Assembly (NCBI RefSeq): GCF_006345805.1
Contig: NC_043011.1
Coordinates: 64,182,464-64,246,463 of the forward strand
Source: Octopus sinensis
Taxonomy: Eukaryota
Direction: 5' to 3'
Length of the DNA stretch: 64,000 nucleotides
The notes under the pieces are model-generated. The model saw nothing but the letters and a program-made list of their open reading frames with translations. It was not told the DNA's origin and ran no database searches. Positions within the stretch are counted from its first letter, which is position 1. Each line of letters opens with the position of its first letter. Below, one piece after another: positions 52,678 to 64,000 of the stretch. The position numbers were made by a program, and so were the translations under genes.

Positions 52678-53397
52678 CCTTCTATATAATAAATTAATTT
52701 ACTCTGCTATGTATTGAGTACCTTATTTACTGTGGTTAACCCCGAGAGGAGAGTTGGGGAGAGGAGCAAGAGAGGAGAGTTGGGTGGGAGGAAGTAGAAG
52801 GGAGGGGGAGGGGTATATATATATATATATATAAATATATACATACAGACACACACACTCACACACACACATATATATATATATATAATGAGAGAGAGAG
52901 AGATAGGGTTATGAGAGGTAATGGTATCATTTATACTGGAAGGTGTCAGGTAATGCTGAGTAAGTGCTATGGATAGACAACAGTTAAGCTCCAGATTCGG
53001 TGATTATGGGAAGAAAGAGTACAACGTAGGTCATATATCAGCATGTGTATATTTTAATTTTTTTTCAAAATGAGATAAAACCAATGCTGTGAAGATTTTA
53101 GAACATTATATTTATTACATCCGTTCATCGGAGACGGTGGTTAAGCAATAGTTAATTTAGATAAGATACGAAATAGAGAGTGAAATAGTGGAATGAAGTA
53201 GGTGCGAGATATGCAGGGATATTGAAATTATAGATCCATTATCTAGGTATGCAATATCCTTACATATCTCACATCTATTTTCATTCCTCTATTTCACTCT
53301 CTGTTTCGTGTCTTATCTAAAGTAACTAATGCTTAACCATTTTCTGACACCGTCTCCTATGAAGGGATATAATAAATATCCTGAAAACAGATATGTA

Positions 53398-53448
<51 letters not shown>

Positions 53449-53730
53449 AATTTTTGTATGTGTGTGTGTGTTTCTTTACGAACACACACGCACACGTTGC
53501 TACGTACTTATTCTCGTTATTATATAACTTATACTCAGATTATTATCATTATTCCATACGTCAGAAATGAAACATGATCTTATTATTGTTAAAATTCAAT
53601 GTATTTTAAAAAATTGCAATGCTATATATGTACAAAGACATTTAATGTAAAGATGTTTGGCGAAAATGCTATGGGTTTGTAAAATTTGAAATGCAAACTT
53701 TATTAAAAATCAACTTAATGTAATCGGACT

Positions 53731-53761
53731 TTAGGTCGCAGAACACTCACTAAAGTAGCAC
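53731..53761 (-). CDS. Candidate terminal exon 3B of the peptide gene, copy 3: (R)CYFSECSAT*
   Basis: Identical 31 nt to copy 1, with tatatttag acceptor. Confidence 0.4.
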
Positions 53762-53966
53762 CTAAATATATATATATAAGCATACATGTGCACGAAGATA
53801 TATATATGTGTGTGTGTCTGTGTATTTGTTTGAGAGACAGTGACACAGAGATTCGAGCAGATTCGACAGATACATAATGACAGGAGAAAGAGATAGTCTT
53901 AAGTAGCATTACTATTTAGTATTATAAATACTTAGCATATTATTAAATGTAGTCGTGCGAATATAT

Positions 53967-54070
53967 CTACCGGCAAAGAAAATTTTTTTGAGGATACGCA
54001 TTGAATGTCCAGTGGGGGTAATTGCATGCTTTTTCAAACTGTTGAGGGCATGACTCTTTCATCTCCACAC
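53967..54070 (-). CDS. Secreted Cys-rich peptide gene, copy 3, coding exon 2: (G)VEMKESCPQQFEKACNYPHWTFNAYPQKNFLCR*
   Basis: Acceptor ttttttcttttgtctttttaaattag|GT GTG GAG. Open frame with the same Cys frame. Confidence 0.82.
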
Positions 54071-57000
54071 CTAATTTAAAAAGACAAAAGAAAAAAATAT
54101 AATTAAAGCAGTATTTAAAAATTATGCCAGTAAATATTATAATACATTCTTAAGTAGAATATTCACCTCATGCTCAATTAAAATAATTGAGATATCTTTG
54201 ACCTTTGCCTATAAATGTCAATTTTAAATGTGTTTTACTACGACATCTGCAAATGAAGAAACAGTCACTCCCACATTTTCAAAAATAGATTTGCCTACGC
54301 CTGTATATTCTAAATAATTTTGCATGAATATTTTGATACCAAATTTTATGTTGCAAGAATTCATGGAATAAAATGGAAATTATATTATTATCAAACATTG
54401 TTGGGTCTCTGTAAGTAAAATATATTTTATCATAACTTAGAAATTAAAGAGACGTGAAACAAAAAGGTTTTGACGTTGGATCACAGTTGATGAACTTATA
54501 AATAATCTTTTCTACCACAGGCAAAACGCCTGAAATTTGCCATGATGGAAATAGTCGATTATACCGACCCCAGTGGCAGAATCGTTAGCACGACGGGCGA
54601 AATGCTTAGCAGTATTTCGTCTGTCGCTATGTTCTGAGTTCAAATTCCGCCGAGGTCGACTTTGTCTTTCATCCTTTCGGGGTCGATTAAATAAGTACTT
54701 GTTACGCACTCGGGTCGATATAATCGAATTAATCCGTTTACTTGTCATTGTTTGTCCTCTCTGTATTTAGCCCCATCTGGGTAGAAAAGAAATAGGTATT
54801 TAATCTATCATGCCAAACGAATGAAAAGAAATTTCGACCGCGGCAGAATTTGAACTCAGAAAAAGACCTGGGCTAAATGTTGCTGCACATTTTGCCCGGC
54901 GTGCTGTGAGCACGCCGCCTTCATGCAGCTTTAAATAATGGCAAAGGAATTGTTTGGTGGAACTTTCCCATTCGATAGACAAGTTGAAAGATTCCCGAGC
55001 AGCTTCCTTGTTTTCCTTCTTTCTTTTTATTGAATGCAAACAAATTTCTTTTTCTTTCATCCAATGTTCACATCCCTCTATTTACAGGTCCATTACATTA
55101 AGTCCCGCTGCGTGAAACATTTTTTCTCAAAGAAAAATATCGTGATGCATGCCCCTAAATCTCAATTATTTCTTTGTAACTCATGAGGGAAATTGTGTTT
55201 TATTTTGTAAGACTATATATTTTAGAAATCAGAAATGAAAACACAGAATTGACGGATAGTTATTGTTATTGCTAAGCAGAGTGAATAATTTTCTATTTAT
55301 TAAATCTTTCCTTTCTTTTTCGTAATATTTGTGTCGTATTATACAGTATAACTATAGCATATAACCATTGATATAAACAGCAAACGTTAAATTCTGCGTT
55401 AAATGTGAGAGGTTTTGTACAGAGAACTTAAACATGGTCTGATAAGCGTGTGGAGACGAGGCAATGGGTCGTATGCAATGTTTCGTGTGGCGGGGACGTT
55501 CGAAAATGCATAGCAACGCCACAGTGAAATCAAGAGCATGTCCATCACTTTTTCCCTTTAACTGCTCTATTGTGCACCGGGAATACGTCCACCAGAACCG
55601 AACCATCGATCGAGAGTTCTGCAGCGATGTTTTCGAGTGTTTGATGTAGAACATTCGGTGAAAAAGATCGGATCTGTTGTTTCCCAATAATTGGAATCCT
55701 CACTTTGACAATGCACCCTATAACCGAGCATTCCTTACAAATGCGTTGCCCGCCTATAACAACATGGCATCATTTCCACACTCCAATTCTTATCAGATTT
55801 AACATCTGCGATTTCCATCGCATCTCAAAGATAAAAAAATGTAGTTCAATAGATGCCATATTCAGGCCGTTGTCCAGGACGAATCGCATAAGACCGTCGA
55901 CTAGTTTCCGGATAACGACTTCCAGACCGGATCCCAAATGTAGAAGAAACGCTTGGATCGATGTATGGTCAAAAGTATTAACTTCTATTAAAGATATCTT
56001 GTTCAGGAACTGTTTGTGGTTTCAAGGTATTGAATCTCTTTAATTTTATTAAAAATCAAGCAGCACCAGGGAAGTTCGTAACACTGATAAATAAATAAAT
56101 TTAATTATATAAAAGTACACAAAATACACACTCTAAAGGGTGTCAATAGGAAAAAAACAGGTAGAGATACGAAAAAACAGAAGTTATAATTTTAAACATC
56201 TGTCCTTTCCAAACAGCATTATAAGTGCGAAAACATCTCAAAATACTAGTGAATGTCAGTCGTCAAAAATGTCTACTCAGGACACTGTCATATCCGTCCT
56301 CCATTAGAGTCATAATCAAAGCAGATTGTGCAACCTGATGACGTATCCATTTGGAGGTTTTCTTCACCATTTTGAAATATCTACTTGAAATGTACACACA
56401 CATATATAATATATATATATATATGTGTGTGTGTCTCTGTGTGTGTGTGTATATACAGGATGGCATACACATACGCTTCATCATACTAAAATATTCACAG
56501 GTGCATACACACAAGGATCTTCGGTTATGTCTTCTAATACTCAGAAGGATCAAACGGAAACGAAATATGGAGAATTAAATGAAATATATGGATAACGTAC
56601 GCACTCACAGTGATACACATACATTCTAATCTATTCATACATACATACGTATATACACCCCCTACACACACACACACACAAATTTGGTTGAAATACATAG
56701 AAACACAGAAGAAGAAGACAGGTGTGTGAACAGCAAGTATTAGCTGGACTCTCGAAAACAAAGTCAGAAATTCTTTTACATTTCGACCCTACGCTCTTCA
56801 ACAGAAAGGAATAAAAGGCAATAAACAGAGTAAGGGGAAAAACGAAAAAAAAAAAATCATATAGATTCATCAGTCCAACTTGGCGAATCATTCGCCATGC
56901 CGGACTAAGGAACACTACAAGTTTTGTTTCACTTTCTCTCTGATTATTTTCTCATATTTCTTCGTGTTGAAAAGATTTATCTCGAAAGGTACAATATTTT

Positions 57001-58403
57001 GATTTCTTTCCTCAAACTAATACACTTGCTTGTTGTTCGTACATCTGTCTCTGTATTTTGTCTCTCTATAAATTCCAACTATATAACATACGCTCACTTG
57101 GTTACGCCAGTTTGATCCTGACTGAATAAACTACGTATTGGATGGGCTTATGTTAAACCCTTCCCGAACCTTCAGCACCTGTCCCCATCCTCATACCAGC
57201 ACTCCGCCTCGATTACCATTGTATCTACTGCATCGACCTTTAAGGATATTACTGGAGGTTTCAATGATCTTAAATAGCATTTTTATAAATAGAAGAAAGT
57301 TTGAATGTCGTACAATGCATTATCTATGAATAAGATGAAACAAAATATGATTAAAGGTTTAGGCAATTATTAAAAGATACGAATATGGTAATAGAATGAC
57401 TTGATATAGTCTAAAACATTATCTGTTACTGATGTAAATATTTTTTAATGTTACCCAGATTAGGGAATTATCTAAAATGCACGAGCGAATGGTATTAAGA
57501 CACTGACATATATGGTATACTAATAAATTTAGAAATAGAAAAATCACTGAATATTGTCTAATATGCTATCTGTTACGGAAATGGACGAAAATATGCCAAA
57601 CCCAGTTAGTTCATTATTCAGTTGCTTTGAGCTACTTAATAAAGTGTCTTATTGTAAATATAATGATCAAGTATATTTTCAATACGAATATACATAGAGT
57701 AATATTAGAATATAGGAATGCATCCTGTTTAAGAAGTTGGCAGCATGCAAGCGATTCATGAGACTGATTAATAATATTCGAATTCCCATTATTAATATGG
57801 AACACCATACAAATAGGGAACCAAAGCCAACTCTCGCATCACCCATCATATAGCAACGCATAACTTATAATAAACAACACAATTTTAAATTCAATACAAT
57901 TTTTCGGTGAGTGAAAATAAAAGTTTAGCGAGAACGCTATAATTATTGGAATGAGGTGCGTTGATAGGTCGATGGTTTGTAGTATAGATAGCGCAATGCG
58001 TTTACTTAGAACTTAGAAAACTAAATGAACCAGTATTAGATGCATCATACGTTGCTGGAGTATACTAATGTGTATGTCCGTGCGTGTTTATATAGGCAGA
58101 CTTGTTCAGACTACCTCGTGATGTTTAGAGTCGTTAAAATGTTGCAAGTACTTAATTCTTTTTCACAACGTGGCACTCATTTAATGGATTTACTGGGCCA
58201 CGTTTCGCCGGAACGCTAATTTATGCGGACATAAAACAAGCTAAGCTCTTGAAGCGGCTGCGGATGATAACGTGGGAACAGATTCTTCCATACTATCGTG
58301 CGCACACACGCATTCACACACATATCCATACATAATTACACATATATATATAAACATATATATATATACTTATAAAAAAAAATATATATCCATATATGAT
58401 ACG

Positions 58404-58454
<51 letters not shown>

Positions 58455-58475
58455 TTATAAAAAATATATATATCC

Positions 58476-58523
<48 letters not shown>

Positions 58524-58587
58524 GTAAGTATATATATATATGCATATACATATGTATATATATATATACCTAAAAATATGTATATAT

Positions 58588-58649
<62 letters not shown>

Positions 58650-58825
58650 CATAATTGATGTATGATTACACTCTTTCAAATACATACGTATATATATTTC
58701 AATAAATGTTTGTTTGAGTTGTTTATATGAGGACAATGTTGGGAAGGATACAGAGAAGAGGAAAAAAGTGAAACGTTGTTAGATGTTTGATTTCTTGTGA
58801 AAGACATTGTAATTCATATTCTTAC

Positions 58826-58862
58826 CACAAATGAGAAACGCCAGGAAGATGTAGATTTTCAT
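58826..58862 (-). CDS. Secreted Cys-rich peptide gene, copy 3, coding exon 1 (MKIYIFLAFLIC+G)
   Basis: Coding part identical to copy 1 with GTAAGA donor, although the adjacent 5' UTR is diverged. Confidence 0.82.
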
Positions 58863-59425
58863 TTTCGGTATTCTATTAGTCTTTCGGTGTTTAACGCTCT
58901 TGGACACGTCAAAATACTATATAAATGAAAACGAAGGTAACACATGTTTTGTTCATAACTGGTAAATGCATATTTGATATGTCACTTGATTTAGTTGCCC
59001 ATGACTTTGAAGGTTAATGATTTACATTCCCTATTAATATGTCAATTTCTTTGAACTTCTTAGTGGGGAGATCCATTTCAATTGTAAGTTATATACGGTT
59101 AAAGATAATGTATGTGGGTTTCCTGATGTTTTCCGTTGTTCCATGTTGAATCACAAAATTGATCTTATAAACATTACTACTAAACCTGGGTTCATCAAAA
59201 TGTAGGTAGAAAACGCATAAACGTCGATTCCCCAAAATAATCGCAACTTGTTGACCTTTACTTTGAGGAAACGTATCATTGTATTATTTCGAAATTAATT
59301 CTATGACGACAAATTTACATTGAAATGTCAGAAACTTAAAAATCAATTTAATAATGGACTTATTAATTATAATTGCTTTTCAAAGATTATAACAGTCATT
59401 CTGTAAATGATATTTGATAAATATA

Positions 59426-60610
59426 CAGTGTGCGAGGGGTAATTTAAAGAGGGATATTTCGTTTTTAGTCAATTAAACCTTTAAATTATATGATGTATTA
59501 ATTTTTTCAGGTCACAATTTCAAGATATCATACTAACCCAAGAAATGAAAAGACATGCAGTCATTGTTGGTATAGATGCCAACCACAGTGATTTAGATAT
59601 TAGGAACTGTCTAAATGTTGCAAAATCACTAGAAATTAAGTTCGATTGTAATTGGAGATATTTAATATTATTGTTTTACCTGTCTGAAAGTGCAAATAAT
59701 ATTCACAATCCTCAGACATTAAAAGGAATGTATACATCGTTTTGAAAACATTATCAATGAAAACACCAGAAGAACAATGAGGTCAATTGGTAAAGGACTT
59801 CAGATGTCAGAATGGACTATCAGAAATGTGGTACATCGTGAGTAATGAGGAAGAGCTAATTCGTGTCTGCAAAAACAAAGAAAACCGTCTCATCCGTTAC
59901 TTAGCCAAGTGAAAAGTCACGATGTACAAAGCATGCTTTTGTTTGCTCTCACGAAAAACTCTTTGAGCAGGATCGAAATTCTAGCAGGAGAAATGACAGA
60001 TTGTTATGAGCAGATCCTTCTGAAATACCCAGAGAATGGTTGTAAGACAATCTTTAAGATTACGTAACAACCAATAAGAGCAGTTATGAGCAGATCCTTC
60101 TGAAGTGCCCAGAGTGATTTACATGAAATCATCAGCAACTGTGACGGTTTTAGGAGTGGTGAGTAACGAAGGTCATGTGATGCCTCTCCACTATTTTCCA
60201 CAGAACCTTAGAATTACCGCTACTGGCTACATTAAGCTACTAGAAACTGGTATCAAGACCTGGATTGATGAAGTAGGGAATGCAAGCAATGCGTTATTCA
60301 GGAAGACTCAGCACCTCCTCATAAAACCCTAATTACCCAAGAATTGTTGTCAGACAATCTTTAAGATTATGTAACACACAATATGTTGTATGCAGTGCTC
60401 GGCAGATTTGAATCAATGGACTACTACATGTGGAGCGCATTTGAAAAGGGAGACAAATCATCATCCTCATAAACTTATAGCTTTGCTGATTGCTGGCTTT
60501 GTCCAGGTGATGTCCGAAATGAATAAAGATCATATAGTGTCAGCATACCAGCGGTTTCGGTCCCGCATTGAAGCACTCATCAAAGCCGAAAACGACTTCA
60601 TAGAATAATT
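59426..60610 (+). mobile_element. Decayed maT/DD37D-type transposon, copy 3
   Basis: Nearly identical to 34610-35795, including the same internal duplication. Confidence 0.85.
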
Positions 60611-61321
60611 TGGTTAAAAAACAAACATCATTAGCAAGGCTAATTACATGAATGTTTATTCAAATACATATTTACACTGCTGAAATATAGATATGATTTT
60701 CTGCATTCATACATTTGTTATTTTATACGACGAATTTCTTGAAATTCTGCGAGTTATTTACTTGTCGTACATGAAGATATACATTGGAGACTTTATCTCA
60801 GCCTTCGATTAAACGGGATTATTGTTTTCAGTCGTGTGTGTGTATTTGTTTGTCCGCTGAATGGATTCGGATGAAAGATTTTAGGATTCAAGGTTACTCT
60901 TTTGGTTTCGTTACGTAATTCTTGAGAGCGATCGGGTTCATTTTTAGTATTCTCGTATTTGAGAGCAGTTGAGTTTATTTCAGATATTCTCATTTTAAAA
61001 ATTATCTTCGATAATTGATGACAGGATATTGATGATGCCTTGGCGGAAGTTTGAGCTCTCTGAGTGTTCTTGTATAGATTTCTTTTTCTTTTATTTGTGT
61101 TTCATTGTACGATATCCTTAACCAAATCCATTTAACACGGAGTACTTTATTGTTATCTACCAAGATTTGTTTCCTATCTATATTCCTATGAAAAAAGATT
61201 GATAATATAATACACGCGAGTGAAACACTTCTTTGGCGTACAAAATGAGTAAATTTAGCCACGTGTAGAGATGGGAAGAAAAAGACAGTTGTTAAACACT
61301 GTGAAGTTTTCCTCTTAAGTC

Positions 61322-61430
61322 TTTTTCTTCTTCTTCTTCTTCTTCTTCTTCTTCTTCTTCTTCTTCTTCTTCTTCTTCTTCTTCTTCTTCTTCTTCTTCT
61401 TCTTCTTCTTCTTTTTTCTTCTTCTTTTTC
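61322..61430. repeat. (TTC)n microsatellite; (CA)n(TA)n follows at ~61650-61772
   Basis: Direct inspection. Confidence 0.97.
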
Positions 61431-61670
61431 TTATTCTCATTCTTCTTGTCCTTACTCTTTTTCTCCTCATCCCCCTTTCTTCTACTTGGCAAAATCGTTC
61501 ATTACATATAAAAAGCACGCGATACATTCACAAAAATCGGAAGAGGGATTTTATTACGTTCAATATATTGTGGGCCCATCTCATATCGATACTATCTATT
61601 CTATGATGCACCAAACACTATAACTGGAAAAAATTAGGTAAATACATACATACACACACACACACTCACA

Positions 61671-62291
<621 letters not shown>

Positions 62292-62534
62292 AGAAAATAG
62301 AAATAAACAGTCTTGACTGCTATTTCTAATTTTTCGGTATGCGGCTAAGCAACCTGTTGCCTGCCCCATTTATTTATATACGATATATATACTGAACTCT
62401 ACAGAAATTCCTATCGTTAATCGGTTATATTTACATACCGAATTCTACGAATAAATAATTGTTGTTTTATTTAAAAACTATTATAGAAATTATTTACTCT
62501 CATTATTATATTATATTATATATATATATATATA

Positions 62535-63230
62535 TACTAGCAGTATAACCCGGCCTTGACCGGGATTAAGTTACAATTATTAAGCTAATCAGGTTCGTTA
62601 ATTCAAACCTAAGTAATATTGACTCTCAAAAAAACACATTTTTATTCGGCGTAAAATAAAAACAAAACACGTTCGCACCCAAAGTAATATGTGAGGGAGA
62701 GAGAGTTAGAGAGGGGGAAAAAGATGAACGATTTAAAATAAATAAATGATTTAAAATATATATATTGTAATTGTTGTGTGAAAAAGTATATATACTATGA
62801 TTATAAATATAGTGTTTTTCAAAAACATCCTGAATTCGAACACTATATCCCGTGTTTAAGAAAAAACAAAGCATTTTACATTTTATTTCTTATGAACGTC
62901 GTCACTTACTCTCTCTCTTTCTTTCTCCCACCTTGTTTTTCCCGTGAAACTCCCTGCCCCTCTTCCACTTTTTTTTATCTTGTTCGTTTTTGTTAGACGC
63001 CGTCAGAAACCTATTGCTGATATTTTTCATGGCTAAAAACTATGGCTGAAAATAGGATTTTACCGCTATCCGCGGGTGCCTCGGGGAAAAATAACTTGAC
63101 AAAAACCCAGATAGGGATGTTGACAAATGTCCTCCGAAAATTTGAGCGACATGCGTGCTAATTTGTGGATGTGCATAAATTACAATCACGTACAAACGCA
63201 TACACACACACACGCTCGTGCCTTATAAAC
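62535..63230 (+). mobile_element. Possible non-autonomous Helentron/DINE-1-like element
   Basis: Starts in (TA)n with ACTAG and a small hairpin (cccggccttgaccggg), and ends with a CA microsatellite-containing segment. No coding support. Confidence 0.3.
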
Positions 63231-63487
63231 ATGTCTCCGTTAGCACTTACAAGAAAGATTATCATGAGATTCAAATGGTTCTGGTGTCCAAAAGCAAAGA
63301 AACACCTGTCTCCCTAGTACACGAGATTGAGAACGTATACAACATATGTACTCAGTAGGGATGACAGAGAAATAACGTTTCATTATTTATTAACCAGGGA
63401 GTAGTAATGTCATGCAGAAGCAGAGGATGATCTGTCAGTTATATATACATATATAAACATACATACATACATATATATATATATATA

Positions 63488-63531
<44 letters not shown>

Positions 63532-63566
63532 ACATGAATATATATATATATATATATATGTATATA

Positions 63567-63656
<90 letters not shown>

Positions 63657-64000
63657 TATATATATTTAGTAATTATATTTCATGCAAAACGTCAATTTCT
63701 TGTGAACATCTGTCGTCACAAATTCAACTGAAATGTCATATTTTAATGAGAGCCATTATCAAGGAAGATAGTATAATCTGATGACGTGTCCACTTGCAGG
63801 TTTTCAACATTTATATAATAATATCCTTTACAAACACACACACACACACAAGACATATATATATGATGGACTCTCAATTTGAAAATGGCGTATGGATATT
63901 TAGCAATGGCCGCATGACCTGCATATATGATTCGTTTTTAGAGGTCAAATGATCGAGCCACGAATTAGAGTTCACTCTCTCTATGTGATCGACGCTATCT

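Larger units (their letters stand above)
44851..52684. repeat. ~7.8 kb inverted repeat (palindrome) specific to unit copy 3
   Basis: 44851-47890 is the reverse complement of 52684 back to ~48640 (ignoring the nested CR1). Absent at the homologous (AT)n site in copy 1 (~5215). Confidence 0.9.

Noticed and set aside
60793-61262. Two minus-strand ORFs (66 and 86 aa) beyond copy 3
   Set aside because: No recognisable motif, splice signals or paralog within the window, and the lengths are compatible with chance.

Overview
AT-rich, microsatellite-dense animal genomic DNA. The SINE/LINE repertoire resembles repeats I recognise from octopus genomes (inference, not verified). Most of the window is three diverged tandem copies of a ~12.5 kb unit: copy 1 <1-15545, copy 2 ~23270-35800, copy 3 ~37190-60615. 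The unit is largely decayed transposons (R4/Dong-type LINEs, a mariner, a maT/DD37D Tc1-mariner, tRNA-derived SINEs, an RTE-like relic). Each copy also carries, on the minus strand, a small spliced gene absent from the ORF track. A near-invariant signal-peptide exon (MKIYIFLAFLIC-G) splices in phase 1 to a 100-nt exon encoding a Cys-framed, hypervariable peptide (VEMKESCTHQFEKICNYPHWTFKAYPQKSYLCR / VEMKHSCFDEYKEACNYPKWMFQAYPQEGFVCR / VEMKESCPQQFEKACNYPHWTFNAYPQKNFLCR). I cannot assign it to a known family. Copy-specific insertions are a nearly intact CR1-type LINE in intron 1 of copy 1 and a ~7.8 kb head-to-head Penelope-like palindrome in copy 3, with a type I hammerhead ribozyme fold at each end. 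Between copies 1 and 2 lie an inverted fragment of the unit head, more LINE fragments and an extremely AT-rich Penelope-like relic. All difference counts are hand counts. TE boundaries are approximate (tens of bp).
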